Positions 47,573 to 59,500 are shown, counted from the stretch's first letter. The stretch: 64,000 nucleotides of DNA from Alphaproteobacteria bacterium (GCA_964291415.2 OZ219918.1:960001-1024000); one strand, 5' to 3'. Translations and numbers: made by a program. Notes: generated by a model from the letters alone, not told the origin.

Positions 47573-48661
47573 GTGTTCCACGGCCTCTATCCCCTCATCT
47601 CGGATGATGTCGGCGCCTTGCGCCTGTTTTCCTTCATCACCTTCCGCACCGGCGGCGCCATCATGACCGCGCTGATCATCAGTCTGCTGTTCGGTGACCG
47701 CATCATCGCCTGGCTGAAGACTTTCCAGGTCCATGGGCAACCGATCAGGGATGACGGACCGGCGCACCACCTGGTCACCAAGGCGGGGACACCGACCATG
47801 GGCGGTGTCCTCATCCTGCTGTCGGTCACCCTGTCGACGCTGCTGTGGGCGGATCTTTCCAACGGCTTCGTGTGGATCGTGCTGCTCGTGGCACTCGGGT
47901 TCGGGGCGCTGGGTCTGGTGGATGACTATCTCAAGGTCTCGGCGCACTCCAGCAAGGGACTGGCCGGGCGGACCCGTCTCGTCGCGGAGGCGGTGGCGGC
48001 GCTGGCTGCCGCCCTGACGATCGCCTGGCTGACCGGCGGAACGCTCGGCACATCCCTGGCTCTGCCCTTCTTCAAGGACCTGCTGATCGACCTGGGGTGG
48101 TTCTACCTCGCCTTTTCCGCCTTCGTGATCGTCGGCACCTCCAATGCCGTCAATCTCACCGACGGCCTCGATGGCCTGGCGATCGGACCGATCATCGTCG
48201 CCGCAATGACCTTTGGCATTGTCGCCTATCTTTCAGGTCACGCCGTCTATTCCGAGTACCTGCAGCTTCCCGCGGTTCCGGGTTCGGGCGAACTGGCGGT
48301 GCTGTGTGGCGCCCTGATGGGCGCCGGGCTCGGGTTCCTGTGGTTCAATGCGCCGCCGGCCATGATCTTCATGGGCGACACCGGCAGCCTGGCAACGGGA
48401 GCGGCGCTCGGCACCATCGCCGTCATCACCAAGCATGAACTTGTGCTCGCCGTAGTGGGCGGAATCTTCGTGCTGGAAACGGTGTCGGTGATCCTCCAGG
48501 TGGCGTCCTTCCGGCTGACCGGACGCCGCATTTTCGCCATGGCTCCCATCCACCACCACTTCGAACGCAAGGGCTGGAGTGAAGCGACGATCGTCATCCG
48601 ATTCTGGATCATCGCCGCGGTGCTGGCATTGATCGGCCTGGCCACTCTCAAGTTGCGGTAG
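47573..48661 (+). CDS. mraY: Phospho-N-acetylmuramoyl-pentapeptide transferase
   Basis: [34 protein letters not shown]. Confidence 0.96.
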   Translation: MFHGLYPLISDDVGALRLFSFITFRTGGAIMTALIISLLFGDRIIAWLKTFQVHGQPIRDDGPAHHLVTKAGTPTMGGVLILLSVTLSTLLWADLSNGFVWIVLLVALGFGALGLVDDYLKVSAHSSKGLAGRTRLVAEAVAALAAALTIAWLTGGTLGTSLALPFFKDLLIDLGWFYLAFSAFVIVGTSNAVNLTDGLDGLAIGPIIVAAMTFGIVAYLSGHAVYSEYLQLPAVPGSGELAVLCGALMGAGLGFLWFNAPPAMIFMGDTGSLATGAALGTIAVITKHELVLAVVGGIFVLETVSVILQVASFRLTGRRIFAMAPIHHHFERKGWSEATIVIRFWIIAAVLALIGLATLKLR

Positions 48662-48666
48662 GCGCC

Positions 48667-50121
48667 ATGATCGATCTCTCCCAGCATGCCGGCAAGTCGA
48701 TCGCGGTCTTCGGACTGGGAAAGTCGGGCATATCGGCAGCCCTGGCCCTGCAGAGCGGCGGAGCCGAGGTCAGCGCATGGGACGATGATCCCTTGCGCCG
48801 GACCATGGCGGAAGACCTCGGGGTCACGCTCAACGATCTCTACCGTACCGAATGGGATGCCTTTACAAGCCTTGTGCTGTCCCCGGGTGTTCCGCTGACC
48901 CATCCTGCCCCGCACCCCCTGGTGGCGCGGGCGCTGATCACCAGGATCGAGATCGTCGGCGACATGGAGCTCTTTGCCCGATCCCGGCCATCCGGCCGCG
49001 TGGTGGGAGTGACCGGCACCAACGGCAAGTCGACGACGTCGGCACTCGTCACGCATCTGTTGCAGGCCGCCGGCCGGGAAGTCCAGCTGGGTGGCAACAT
49101 TGGTGTTCCGGTGCTCGATCTCGAAGCGGGAAGCGATGACGGAATCTATGTTCTCGAACTTTCTTCCTTCCAGCTCGATCTGATCCGTTCGCTGGTCAGC
49201 GATGTCGCCGTGTTGCTCAACATTGCGCCCGATCACATCGAACGCCATGGTGACTTCCCGAACTACATCGCCTCCAAGACGCGAATCTTCACCCGGCGCG
49301 CCTCGTCACAGACCGCCATCATCGGCGTCGACGACGACATATGCCGGCGTATCCACTCCGAACTTGCCGGGCGCCGCGGACGGTCCGTCGTTCCGGTATC
49401 GGCGCAACGCGTCATCAGGCGGGGTGTGCGGATTCACGACGGTGTTCTCATTGACGACCTTGAAGGCCGCGCCGTCGAAATTGCGGATCTCGCCTGCCTG
49501 CCGTCGTTGCGGGGCGTCCACAACATGCAGAATGCAGCGGCCGCCTATGCCGTGATTCGCACCCTCGGCGTCGACGGCAGGGAGGTCGCCGATGCCTTTG
49601 CGACCTTCTCCGGGCTGGCCCACCGCCAGGAGGTTGTCGCCGAATTCAGTCGCGTGACCTTCGTCAACGACAGCAAGGCCACGAACGCCGAATCCGCTGC
49701 TCGCGGGCTCTCCTGTTTCGACAACATCTACTGGATCGCCGGCGGCCGCGCCAAGGATGGCGGCATCGCGACCCTGTCGGCCCACTTCCCGAGGATGGTC
49801 CATGCCTTTCTCATCGGCGAGGCGGCCGGTGCCCTGGCGCAAACACTCGACGGCCAGGTGCCCTTCACGAACTGCGGTGATCTCGAGACCGCGGTTGCCC
49901 GGGCGACGCGGATGGCGCTGGACGACCGCAGGTCAGGGGCCGTGGTCCTGCTGTCACCGGCCTGTGCGTCCTTCGACCAGTTTTCCAGCTTCGAGGAAAG
50001 AGGGGACCGTTTTCGCGAGCTTGTCCTCGCCGAAACCAGCAACCGCGCCGACAAGCCGGCAGCGGCGGCCAGGACGCCGGCGCGCAAGACGCGCTCCACA
50101 ACCGGCAGGGACGAGCGATGA
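48667..50121 (+). CDS. murD: UDP-MurNAc-L-Ala--D-Glu ligase
   Basis: GLGKSG, SPGVP, ELSSFQL, NDSKATN, SPACASFDQF. Confidence 0.96.
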   Translation: MIDLSQHAGKSIAVFGLGKSGISAALALQSGGAEVSAWDDDPLRRTMAEDLGVTLNDLYRTEWDAFTSLVLSPGVPLTHPAPHPLVARALITRIEIVGDMELFARSRPSGRVVGVTGTNGKSTTSALVTHLLQAAGREVQLGGNIGVPVLDLEAGSDDGIYVLELSSFQLDLIRSLVSDVAVLLNIAPDHIERHGDFPNYIASKTRIFTRRASSQTAIIGVDDDICRRIHSELAGRRGRSVVPVSAQRVIRRGVRIHDGVLIDDLEGRAVEIADLACLPSLRGVHNMQNAAAAYAVIRTLGVDGREVADAFATFSGLAHRQEVVAEFSRVTFVNDSKATNAESAARGLSCFDNIYWIAGGRAKDGGIATLSAHFPRMVHAFLIGEAAGALAQTLDGQVPFTNCGDLETAVARATRMALDDRRSGAVVLLSPACASFDQFSSFEERGDRFRELVLAETSNRADKPAAAARTPARKTRSTTGRDER

Positions 50122-51242
50122 CCACCTTCGATCGCACGGACCGGAGCATGGTGGCCCGCTGGTGGTGGACCATCGATCGCTGGAACATGTCGGCCCTGTT
50201 CATCATCATGGTGTTCGGAGCCATCCTGATCCTCGCCGCCAGCCCGCCGGTCGCCGAACGCATCGGTGTTGACGCTTTCCACTTTGCCGAGCGGCAGTTT
50301 CTGTTCCTGGTCCCGGCGGTGGCCATCCTGGTGAGCCTCTCCCTGCTCGATCCGGCTCAGGTCCGGCGCGCCGGTCTCGCCCTGATGATCGTCTCCTTCG
50401 CCCTCCTGGTCGTGACCCTGCTGGTTGCCGCGAAGACCAAGGGCGCACAGCGGTGGATTCCCCTGGGCGCCTTGTCGCTCCAGGCCTCCGAGTTTGCCAA
50501 GCCGGCCCTTGCCATCACCACGGCATGGCTGTTGGCCACGGGCAGGCACGTCCCCGGGTTTCCGGGAGTTCTCCTCTCATGCGTGCTGACGGCGCTCGTC
50601 GCCGGTCTGCTGATCCTGCAGCCGGACTTCGGGACCACCATCATCGTGCTCGCCGTCTGGGGCAGCCAGCTTTTCCTCGGCGGCCTGCCCTTCCTGGTGG
50701 TGGCCGCTGTCGCCGTGGCGGCAGCACTCGGCCTCTTCATCGGCTATCAGCAGTTCGAATATGTCAGGGATCGCATCAACGGTTTCTTCGATCCGGAGTC
50801 CGTCGATACCTACCAGGTCGAGATGTCGCTTCGCTCCTTCCAGTCCGGTGGCCTCCAGGGACGCGGACCGGGTGAGGGCGTGATCAAGGATCATCTGCCT
50901 GACGCTCACTCGGACTTCATCTTTGCTGTCGGCGGCGAGGAGTTCGGGCTCATCGCCTGTCTGGTGCTGGTGTCTCTTTATGCCTTCGTGGCGCTGCGCG
51001 GATTCGTGCGACTGCGCGACGAACGGGATCTCTTCGTGCTCCTCGCGGTGGCCGGTCTGGTCATCCAGTTCGCCGTCCAGGCGGTGGTCAACATGGGGGT
51101 TGCGCTGAGGCTGCTGCCGACCACGGGAATGACTCTCCCCTTTGTTTCCTATGGCGGATCCTCGCTGATCGCCATGGCCATTGGCATGGGCCTGATGCTG
51201 GCGCTGACGCGTCGGCGCCCGAACCGGGGGCGGCCGTCATGA
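50118..51242 (+). CDS. ftsW: SEDS peptidoglycan polymerase FtsW
   Basis: GAQRWI, SEFAK, QPDFG, HSDFI, GMTLPFVSYGGSS. Confidence 0.95.
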   Translation: MTTFDRTDRSMVARWWWTIDRWNMSALFIIMVFGAILILAASPPVAERIGVDAFHFAERQFLFLVPAVAILVSLSLLDPAQVRRAGLALMIVSFALLVVTLLVAAKTKGAQRWIPLGALSLQASEFAKPALAITTAWLLATGRHVPGFPGVLLSCVLTALVAGLLILQPDFGTTIIVLAVWGSQLFLGGLPFLVVAAVAVAAALGLFIGYQQFEYVRDRINGFFDPESVDTYQVEMSLRSFQSGGLQGRGPGEGVIKDHLPDAHSDFIFAVGGEEFGLIACLVLVSLYAFVALRGFVRLRDERDLFVLLAVAGLVIQFAVQAVVNMGVALRLLPTTGMTLPFVSYGGSSLIAMAIGMGLMLALTRRRPNRGRPS

Positions 51243-52363
51243 GCGTCAGGGTCATGCTTGCCGCCGGTGGTACCGGCGGACACCTGATTCCGGCACTTTC
51301 CGTTGCCGGCGAACTGATGCGCCGCGGCCATGCGGTCACGGCCGTGACCGACCGGCGCGGCGCCGTTCTTGCCCGCCGGCTCAGTGACATTCCGGTGCGC
51401 GAGGTGAGAGCGGCCAGTCCCGCCGGCCGTACCATGGCCGGCAAGGTTGCGGCCGGTGTCACCATGCTTGCCGGGTGTGTCGGCGCGTTCCGTCTGATCC
51501 ATGCGGAAAGGCCGGCGGTCGTGGCGGGATTCGGCGGTTATCCGACGATACCACCCCTTGCCGCCGCGCAGCTTCGCGGTGTGCCGGTGCTGATTCACGA
51601 GCAGAATGCCGTTCTTGGCCGGGCCAATCGTCTCCTTGCCCCCAGGGCCACGGTGGTGGCCACTTCGTTTGCCGAAACGCGCCCCGAGACGGCGCGGCGG
51701 ACGGTCACCGTGGGTGTTCCGGTCCGCGACGCCATTGCGGCCCTCGACCGCGTCGCGTACCGGCCGCCGGGCCCGCAAGAGGATGTCAATCTCCTGGTGG
51801 TTGGAGGAAGCCAGGGAGCCGGAATCTTCAGCACCCTCCTGCCCGACGCCGGACAATGCCTCGATGGCGCCCTGCGGCAACGCCTCAGGGTGGTGCAGCA
51901 GTGCCGGGACGAAGACGTCGGGCGTACTGCGGCGGCCTGGCGGGCGCTGGGTGTGACGGCGACGGTGGCGCCATTCTTCGAAGACATGGCCGGGCATCTC
52001 GCACAGGCGCATCTGGTGGTCGCCCGGGCAGGAGCCTCGACCATCGCCGAACTCGCGGTGTCGGGCCGGCCGTCGGTCCTGGTTCCGTTTCCCGGGGCGG
52101 CGGACGACCACCAGACAGCGAATGCCTCTGTTGTCGTCCGGGCCGGCGGCGGTTGGCTCGTCGACGAAAAGGAAACCGATGCCCGCTCCCTTGCCGCACG
52201 TCTGGAATCGCTCATGACGTCGCCGGCGATGCTGGCGTGCGCTGCCGGCAACGTGCGCCGCCTTGCCCGCGCCGATGCCGCCGCGGCGCTTGCCGAGACG
52301 ATCGAGGCTCTTGCCGCCGGCAATGGCCGTGCCTGCCGGGTGCTGAAGGAGCAGGAGGCATGA
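51239..52363 (+). CDS. murG: MurG glycosyltransferase
   Basis: GGTGGH, HEQN, GGSQGA, RAGAST. Confidence 0.95.
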   Translation: MSVRVMLAAGGTGGHLIPALSVAGELMRRGHAVTAVTDRRGAVLARRLSDIPVREVRAASPAGRTMAGKVAAGVTMLAGCVGAFRLIHAERPAVVAGFGGYPTIPPLAAAQLRGVPVLIHEQNAVLGRANRLLAPRATVVATSFAETRPETARRTVTVGVPVRDAIAALDRVAYRPPGPQEDVNLLVVGGSQGAGIFSTLLPDAGQCLDGALRQRLRVVQQCRDEDVGRTAAAWRALGVTATVAPFFEDMAGHLAQAHLVVARAGASTIAELAVSGRPSVLVPFPGAADDHQTANASVVVRAGGGWLVDEKETDARSLAARLESLMTSPAMLACAAGNVRRLARADAAAALAETIEALAAGNGRACRVLKEQEA

Positions 52364-53790
52364 TCCGCGCACCGGACGCCATGGGGCCCGTGCACTTCGT
52401 CGGCATCGGGGGCATCGGCATGAGCGGCATCGCCGAGGTGCTGCACAACCAGGGCTATGCGGTCCAGGGGTCCGACATAACGGAAAGCGCCTCGGTGAGC
52501 CGGCTGCGCCACCTTGGCATCCCGGTGGCCATCGGCCATGCACGCGACAATGTCGGAAAGGCGAGCGTGGTTGTTGTCTCCTCGGCCATCGCCGACGACA
52601 ACGCGGAAGTCGCCGAGGCCCGGCGCGCCTGGATTCCCATCGTGCGCCGCGCCGAGATGCTGGGCGAACTGATGCGTCCGGTCATGTCGATCGCGGTCAG
52701 TGGCACGCATGGCAAGACGACCACCACATCCCTGGTGGGCTGGATGCTGGAGTGCGCCGATCTCGATCCAACGGTGATCAACGGCGGCATCGTCAACGCC
52801 TATGGCGCCAACACCCGCATGGGCAAGGGCGGCTGGATGGTGGCCGAAGCCGATGAGTCCGACGGCAGCTTCCTGCAGCTGCCGATGACCGCTGCGGTCG
52901 TGACCAACATGGATCCCGAACACCTTGAGAGTTACGGGTCGTTCGACGCCGTGCGTGAGGCCTATGCGCGCTTCATCGGCAACATCCCCTTCTACGGATT
53001 TGCCGTGCTGTGCATCGACGATGCCGACGTCCACTCACTCGTCGGACAGGTGACGGACCGCCGCGTCATCACCTACGGACTGGGCGCCCAGGCGGATGTG
53101 CGCGGGACCAGACTGCGCCTCACCGGGACCGGTTACCGCTTCGATGCCGTGCTCACTGACCGCAGGACACATGTGTCGCGATCCCTGGTCGACCTCGACC
53201 TGCCAATGTGGGGTCGCCACAACGTCACCAACGCACTCGCCGCCATCTGCGTGGCCCGGGAACTCGGTATCGACGACGACACGGTAAAGCGCGCCCTTGC
53301 CACCTTTGCCGGGGTGCGGCGGCGCTTCACACGTATCGGGGAAACGCGCGGGGTCACCATCATCGACGATTACGCCCACCATCCCGTCGAGATCGCCGCG
53401 GTCCTCCAGGCGGCCCGGGAAGTGTTCCAGGGACACGTCGTCGCTGTCGTCCAGCCCCACCGCTACACACGTCTCGCGAGTCTGTTCGACGAGTTCTGCG
53501 CCTGTTTCAACGAAGCAGACGCGGTCATCGTCGCCGATGTCTACGCCGCAGGCGAGACGCCATTGGCCGATGCCTCGCGTCAGCGCCTGGTGGAGGGACT
53601 GCGTGAACGCGGTCATCGCCAGGTCCTGTCCCTCGACCGGCCGGAGGATCTGGCGGCCATGGTGGATCGGGTGACCGTGCCTGGTGACGCGGTGATCTGC
53701 ATGGGCGCCGGGTCCATCACGCAATGGGCCGAGGCTCTCCCCGGTCAACTCGATGCGCTCAACGGCGACACGGTGAGGGAGGCGTCGTGA
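52360..53790 (+). CDS. murC: UDP-MurNAc--L-Ala ligase
   Basis: GIGGIGMSG, GTHGKTTTT, EADESD, DDYAHHP. Confidence 0.96.
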   Translation: MIRAPDAMGPVHFVGIGGIGMSGIAEVLHNQGYAVQGSDITESASVSRLRHLGIPVAIGHARDNVGKASVVVVSSAIADDNAEVAEARRAWIPIVRRAEMLGELMRPVMSIAVSGTHGKTTTTSLVGWMLECADLDPTVINGGIVNAYGANTRMGKGGWMVAEADESDGSFLQLPMTAAVVTNMDPEHLESYGSFDAVREAYARFIGNIPFYGFAVLCIDDADVHSLVGQVTDRRVITYGLGAQADVRGTRLRLTGTGYRFDAVLTDRRTHVSRSLVDLDLPMWGRHNVTNALAAICVARELGIDDDTVKRALATFAGVRRRFTRIGETRGVTIIDDYAHHPVEIAAVLQAAREVFQGHVVAVVQPHRYTRLASLFDEFCACFNEADAVIVADVYAAGETPLADASRQRLVEGLRERGHRQVLSLDRPEDLAAMVDRVTVPGDAVICMGAGSITQWAEALPGQLDALNGDTVREAS

Positions 53791-54713
53791 TGTCCGGGCC
53801 GGCTGCTCATGCTGCCCTGCCGGATGTCAGGGGCACTTATCGCCAGGGCGCCGATCTGTCGCGCACGACCTGGTTTGGTACAGGCGGTCGGGCAGACGTT
53901 CTCTTCCGTCCCGCAGACGAGGAAGACCTCGTGCATTTCATGGCGACGCGGCCGGCCGGACTGGCGATCACCGTGCTGGGCGTCGGCTCAAACGTCCTGG
54001 TGCGTGATCACGGGATCGCCGGGGTCACCATTCGCCTCGGCCGCGGGTTCACGGACATCACCGTGAAGGGACATGACGTGCATGCCGGGGCTGCGGCTCT
54101 CGATGGTCACGTGGCGCGTCAGGCGGCGGCCGCCGGCCTCACTGGACTCGAGTTCCTCGCCGGTGTGCCAGGCACGCTCGGCGGCGCCATTGCCATGAAT
54201 GCCGGCGCCTACGGGCGCGAGATCGCGGATGTCCTCGTCCGCGTGCGCGCCGTTGCCCCCGACGGCACCGCCCACAATCTCAACGCGGACGAGCTGGGAC
54301 ATGGTTACCGGCATTGCGAACTGGCCGGGGAGTGGATCTTCACCTCCTGCGTGCTGCGCGGTGAACCGGGAGAGAAACCGGCGATAGAGGCACGGATCCG
54401 GGAGATCCAGGACCGTCGCGCCCTGACCCAGCCAACGAAGGAGCGAACCGGCGGCAGCACGTTTCGCAACCCGCCACCACCCCAGGCCCGGGCCTGGGAA
54501 CTCATCGACAGGGCCGGGTGTCGTGGCCTGCGCCGGGGCGGGGCGATGGTGTCGGAACGACACTGCAATTTCCTCATCAACACCGGTGGCGCATCGGCAA
54601 CGGATCTCGAGACCCTGGCAGAGGATGTGCGCCGACGCGTCTGGGCCTCTCAGGGCGTGTGCCTCGAATGGGAGATCCGGTGTCTCGGGCGTCTCCCCGG
54701 AGAGGCGCCATGA
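53790..54713 (+). CDS. murB: UDP-N-acetylenolpyruvoylglucosamine reductase
   Basis: GVGSN, PGTLGGA..MNAGAYG, GSTFRNP, HCNFLIN. Confidence 0.95.
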   Translation: MSGPAAHAALPDVRGTYRQGADLSRTTWFGTGGRADVLFRPADEEDLVHFMATRPAGLAITVLGVGSNVLVRDHGIAGVTIRLGRGFTDITVKGHDVHAGAAALDGHVARQAAAAGLTGLEFLAGVPGTLGGAIAMNAGAYGREIADVLVRVRAVAPDGTAHNLNADELGHGYRHCELAGEWIFTSCVLRGEPGEKPAIEARIREIQDRRALTQPTKERTGGSTFRNPPPPQARAWELIDRAGCRGLRRGGAMVSERHCNFLINTGGASATDLETLAEDVRRRVWASQGVCLEWEIRCLGRLPGEAP

Positions 54714-54768
54714 ACCGCGTCAGGCGCCCAAAGCGTGGTGCATCCCAGATGCGCCGCGGAGACTCCCC

Positions 54769-55689
54769 GTGAGTCGTCACGTTGCAGTTCTGATGGGCGG
54801 CTGGAGCGCCGAGCGCGAGGTCTCGCTCGTCACCGGCGAGCGCTGTGCCGACGCTCTCGGAGCAGGAGGCCACCGGGTTACATGCATCGATGTCGACCGC
54901 GACATCGCCCATCGCCTGAGGGCGCTCGACCCTCCGCCGGAGGTCGTGTTCAACGCGCTTCACGGGCGGTATGGCGAGGACGGGTGTGTCCAGGGCCTGC
55001 TGGAGACCATGGGATTTCCCTACACGCATTCGGGTCCGCTGGCTTCGGCCCTGGCCATGGACAAGCCGATGGCCAAGCGCTTCTTCGTGTCCGCCGGCAT
55101 TCCCTGCCCCGAGGGACGTACGGCGCATCGTACGGAGGTCGGCCGTCCTGCCGGCTGGCAGAAGCCCTTTGTCGTGAAACCGGGCTGCGAGGGATCGAGT
55201 GTCGGCGTGCGGCGTGTGCTGGCGGAGTGCAACGACGACCGGTTGTGCGACTCCGACTTTCACTATGGCGATGACGTCATGATCGAATCCTACATCCCGG
55301 GCCGCGAACTCACCGTATCCGTCCTCGGAGAGAGGGCGCTCGGTGTCACGGAAGTCCTGACCAGCGAAGGATTCTACGACTATCGCAACAAGTACACTGC
55401 AGGGCGCTCACAGCACATCCTGCCCGCACCGGTGCCGGACAAGGTTGCGACGCGGGCCATGGAGATGGCGCTTGCCGCGCACCGGCTGCTCGGCTGCCGC
55501 GCCGTATCGCGGGCGGACTTCCGCTACGACGACACCAGGGGAGAGCCCGGCGATCTCTACATTCTCGAGATCAACACCCAGCCCGGCATGACGCCGGTGT
55601 CCCTGGTCCCCGAACAGGCTGCCCATGCGGGTATCGGTTTCGAGGAGCTCGTGTGCTGGATCACGGAGCAGGCACGATGCGAAAGATGA
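54769..55689 (+). CDS. ddl: D-alanine--D-alanine ligase
   Basis: GGWSAEREVS, LHGRYGEDG, EGSSVG, EINTQPGMT. Confidence 0.95.
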   Translation: MSRHVAVLMGGWSAEREVSLVTGERCADALGAGGHRVTCIDVDRDIAHRLRALDPPPEVVFNALHGRYGEDGCVQGLLETMGFPYTHSGPLASALAMDKPMAKRFFVSAGIPCPEGRTAHRTEVGRPAGWQKPFVVKPGCEGSSVGVRRVLAECNDDRLCDSDFHYGDDVMIESYIPGRELTVSVLGERALGVTEVLTSEGFYDYRNKYTAGRSQHILPAPVPDKVATRAMEMALAAHRLLGCRAVSRADFRYDDTRGEPGDLYILEINTQPGMTPVSLVPEQAAHAGIGFEELVCWITEQARCER

Positions 55690-56495
55690 GGCAAAGGAGC
55701 GGCTCCCTTCGTCTTTGGCGGGTGCTCGCGTGGCGGGCCGGCCCGCTCGTGCTTGTCGTCGCCCTGCTGTCTGGCGCCTGGATGACAGGCCATCTCGCGA
55801 CGGCCTGGCGCACCGTGGTCGGCACCGTGGTGGAGACCTCGATCGCGGCCGGTTTTGAAGTTCGCCACGTTCTGGTTTCAGGTCGTTTGAAGACGGACCG
55901 CCAGACACTCGTGGAGGCACTTGGAATCCGGATCGGTGAGGCGATGTTCGTGATCGACCTGGAGGCAGCGAGGGCCAGGGTGACCTCGCTCGCCTGGGTG
56001 CGCGACGCCTCCATCAGGCGGCGCATGCCCGATACCGTCGTCATCGAGCTTGTCGAGCGCCGTCCGCTGGCCATCTGGCAGCACCAGGGCGAACTCTTCG
56101 TCGTCGACTCCGTCGGCGAAGTGATCGGCGGGGCCCAGCCGGAGGATCATCCCGGGCTGTTCCTGGTGGTCGGCCCGGGGGCGCCGGCAGCCGCCGCGGA
56201 CCTTCTTGCGCTGCTCGGCCTGACCCCGGACCTGGCGCCGCGTGTCCTTGCCGCCGTGCGCATCGGCCAGCGCCGCTGGAAGCTCCATCTTGACGGCGGC
56301 ATCGACATTCACCTTCCCGAGGAAGGCATGCAGGAGGCCTGGCTGGCGCTGGCCGGCGTGGACAGGAGCAACGGACTGCTGTCCAGGGATGTCACGACCA
56401 TTGATCTGCGCCTGCCCGACCGTCTTGTGGTGCGCCTCACCGAGGAAGCAAAGGAGCGTCTCGATCATGAGATGACGGAGGGAGAAGATACATGA
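55677..56495 (+). CDS. ftsQ: Cell division protein FtsQ
   Basis: TM, POTRA region (WVRDASIRRRMPD), IDLRLPDRLVVR. Confidence 0.9.
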   Translation: MRKMRQRSGSLRLWRVLAWRAGPLVLVVALLSGAWMTGHLATAWRTVVGTVVETSIAAGFEVRHVLVSGRLKTDRQTLVEALGIRIGEAMFVIDLEAARARVTSLAWVRDASIRRRMPDTVVIELVERRPLAIWQHQGELFVVDSVGEVIGGAQPEDHPGLFLVVGPGAPAAAADLLALLGLTPDLAPRVLAAVRIGQRRWKLHLDGGIDIHLPEEGMQEAWLALAGVDRSNGLLSRDVTTIDLRLPDRLVVRLTEEAKERLDHEMTEGEDT

Positions 56496-57724
56496 CGGGA
56501 TCGGAACTCGTCGCTGCCATTGACGTTGGCAGCAGCAAGGTCGTCTGCCTTGTTGCGCGCGACGACGAGAACGGCGGCCAGCGCGTTCTGGGCGCCGGTC
56601 AGCAGGCGTCACGCGGTGTTCTCGCCGGCACCGTGGTCAACATGGAGGCGGCGGAACACTCCGTGGCTTCGGCGGTCACCCGCGCCGAAGAGCTGGCCGG
56701 CCAGACACTGCGCCGTGTCTGGGTCAGTGTTTCCGGTGGCCAGCCACGGTCAGACACGGTCTCCGTCGACGTCAGCATCGCCGGCCATGAGGTTGGCGAT
56801 CCCGACCTGCGCAGGGTGGTCCACAAGACGCGCCAGGCGGCGCACCACCCCTCGAGAGAGCTGCTTCATGCCATTCCGGTCGGCTACGCCATCGATGGCA
56901 GCCATGGCATCCGCGACCCCAGGGGCATGGTCGGGGAGCGTCTTGGCGTCAGGGTTCACCTTGTCTCCTCGGAACGCGGGCCAGTCGCCAATCTCGAGAC
57001 CTGCATCGGCCGCTGCCATCTTGACATCGCCGGACACGCCGCCGCGGCCTGCGCCGCGTCCCTTGGCTGCCTGGTCGAGGACGAGATGGAGATGGGTGTG
57101 ACCGTCATCGACTTCGGTGGTGGAACAACCGACCTCGCGATGTTCATGGAGGGAGAGTGTGTGCATGTGGATTCCATACCCATGGGCGGCCAGCACATCA
57201 CGTCCGACATCGCAGAGGCCCTGTCGACTCCTGCGGAAACCGCCGAAAGGATCAAGACGCTTCATGGCAGCGTGGTCCGTTTCGAGAGTGACAGCCACGA
57301 GACGATCGAGATCCCGCTTATCGGTGAAAGGGACGACGTGGTGCGGGTGGTCACCCGAGCGGAGCTGACCACCGTCATTCGCCCCCGCGTCGAGCACATG
57401 CTCCAGATCCTCAAGAGCCGCCTCGGCAGCGTGAACTTTGCCCAACAGGCCAGCCGCCGTCTGGTGCTCACCGGCGGCGCATCCCAGTTTCAGGGTATGG
57501 GCGAACTGGTCGCGCACCACCTGGGTCGCCAGGTCCGTCCGGGACATCCCATCTGGCTCAAGGGTCTGGACAAGCGAACCTCGGGTCCCGCCTTCACGGC
57601 CTGTGCAGGCCTGCTGCGGTATGCGGCGCGGGGCGGTGAAATGGGACGCAGCGAATTCAGCAACTGGCACAGCAGGAGAGGTCCCTTCGACCGCCTCGGC
57701 CAGTGGCTTCGACTGGCATCGTGA
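56492..57724 (+). CDS. ftsA: Cell division protein FtsA
   Basis: [21 protein letters not shown]. Confidence 0.95.
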   Translation: MTGSELVAAIDVGSSKVVCLVARDDENGGQRVLGAGQQASRGVLAGTVVNMEAAEHSVASAVTRAEELAGQTLRRVWVSVSGGQPRSDTVSVDVSIAGHEVGDPDLRRVVHKTRQAAHHPSRELLHAIPVGYAIDGSHGIRDPRGMVGERLGVRVHLVSSERGPVANLETCIGRCHLDIAGHAAAACAASLGCLVEDEMEMGVTVIDFGGGTTDLAMFMEGECVHVDSIPMGGQHITSDIAEALSTPAETAERIKTLHGSVVRFESDSHETIEIPLIGERDDVVRVVTRAELTTVIRPRVEHMLQILKSRLGSVNFAQQASRRLVLTGGASQFQGMGELVAHHLGRQVRPGHPIWLKGLDKRTSGPAFTACAGLLRYAARGGEMGRSEFSNWHSRRGPFDRLGQWLRLAS

Positions 57725-57824
57725 TGCTGCGCATCGCCGCCGGGAACACCAACACCACTGTCGGTTCCGTTCCGGAGCCAGGGACAGGAGTGCAACACAG
57801 TATGCGGACACGGAGGAAGTAGCG

Positions 57825-59333
57825 ATGGTCATTCAACTTGGGGTACCAGAAACACACAGCATCAAGCCGCGGATCACGGTGTTTGGCATCGGCGGCGCAG
57901 GTGGGAACGCGGTCAACAACATGATCGTCAACGGTCTCTCCGGCGTCGAATTCGTCGTGGCCAACACCGATGCCCAGGCTCTCGAGCACTCCCGGGCAGA
58001 CCGCAGAATCCAGTTCGGCGCCTCTGTCACGCAGGGTCTGGGCGCCGGGTCGAGACCCGATATCGGCAAGGCTGCGGCCGAAGAGGCTCTGGAGCACATC
58101 TCCGAGCATCTCGACGGATCGCACATGGTCTTCATCACAGCCGGCATGGGCGGAGGAACCGGTACCGGTGCGGCGCCCGTCGTCGCTCGTGCCGCCCGCG
58201 AGATGGGCATGCTTGCCGTGGGCTTCGTCACCATGCCCTTCGACTTCGAGGGTCGGGAACGTCTTCGCATCGCCGAAGCCGGCGCCGAGGAACTTCAGGA
58301 GGAAGTCGACACGCTGGTGATCATTCCCAACCAGAACCTGTTTCGGGTGGCCAACGAGGCGACGACCTTCGCCGACGCCTTCCAGATGGCCGACGACGTG
58401 CTTCACACCGGTGTGCGCGGCATCACGGACCTGATGGTCCAGCCCGGGATCATCAACCTGGATTTCGCGGATGTCCGCCGGGTCATGGGTGAGCGCGGCA
58501 AGGCGATGATGGGAACCGGCGAGTCATCGGGCGAAAAACGTGCGATCGATGCGGCGGAGGCGGCTATTTCCAATCCCCTGCTTGACGAGGTCTCGATGAA
58601 GGGCGCCAGAGGTGTCCTCATCAATGTCACCGGGGGCAACGACCTGAAACTCTTCGAGGTGGATGAGGCAGCCAGGCGCATCACCCAGGAAGTTGACCCC
58701 GACGCTCACGTCATCATCGGCACCGCGCACGACGCGTCCCTCGATGGCATGATGCGGGTCTCGCTGGTTGCCACGGGGATCAACATGACCGAAGCGGTCG
58801 CCGACACTCCGGTCACGCAACGTGTCGAGCCGGCTCTTCGCGTAGCTGAGGATGTCGCCGAGCCGGAGGTGGCCGAGAAAGTCGAAACGGGGGAGCCTGA
58901 ACGCCGCGATCGCTTCACGGCCATCGAAGGCGGCAGAACCTTCGAGACGGACACGGCGGAGGAAGGCGATTCCTGGTCCTTCGCAGACCAGTCCTTCCGA
59001 GACCAGGAGGCGGTGGCGGTTGCCGGGCAGGGTGGCCTGGAACCATCCCGCATGGAGGATTTCGATGACAGAGGCACCGTTGCAACGCCGCAGGTGAGCG
59101 AGGTCGAGAATGTGCCGGTGTCGCGCAGGCCTTCTTTCATCGAGCGGATGACGGGAAGCATGCGGGGGTCGACGCAACGCAACCGGACCCATGAGACGGG
59201 GTCAGACAGCGTGAAGGCCGGGTACCACCACACGGAAGATTCCCGTGGTGGAGACGGGCGCACACTGATTCACGAATCGTTCGGCAACGACGACGACCTG
59301 AGTATTCCGTCTTTCCTGCGTCGCCGGGAGTGA
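57825..59333 (+). CDS. ftsZ: Cell division protein FtsZ
   Basis: [23 protein letters not shown]-terminal LSIPSFLRR. Confidence 0.97.
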   Translation: MVIQLGVPETHSIKPRITVFGIGGAGGNAVNNMIVNGLSGVEFVVANTDAQALEHSRADRRIQFGASVTQGLGAGSRPDIGKAAAEEALEHISEHLDGSHMVFITAGMGGGTGTGAAPVVARAAREMGMLAVGFVTMPFDFEGRERLRIAEAGAEELQEEVDTLVIIPNQNLFRVANEATTFADAFQMADDVLHTGVRGITDLMVQPGIINLDFADVRRVMGERGKAMMGTGESSGEKRAIDAAEAAISNPLLDEVSMKGARGVLINVTGGNDLKLFEVDEAARRITQEVDPDAHVIIGTAHDASLDGMMRVSLVATGINMTEAVADTPVTQRVEPALRVAEDVAEPEVAEKVETGEPERRDRFTAIEGGRTFETDTAEEGDSWSFADQSFRDQEAVAVAGQGGLEPSRMEDFDDRGTVATPQVSEVENVPVSRRPSFIERMTGSMRGSTQRNRTHETGSDSVKAGYHHTEDSRGGDGRTLIHESFGNDDDLSIPSFLRRRE

Positions 59334-59500
59334 GGAAGGGGCCGGGGTTCGCCACCCCGGATCCCTCAGAGGAGCGCTCACGATCTGTAACATTGCGCAA
59401 GCAAGCGTGAATTGAAGGGTCGGGCACGGCCTGATAGGTAGGCTTGTGGCGCGAGCCCCGAGCCGGGGAGTCGTCCTCCAGGAGACACCTTGGGGAGTGA

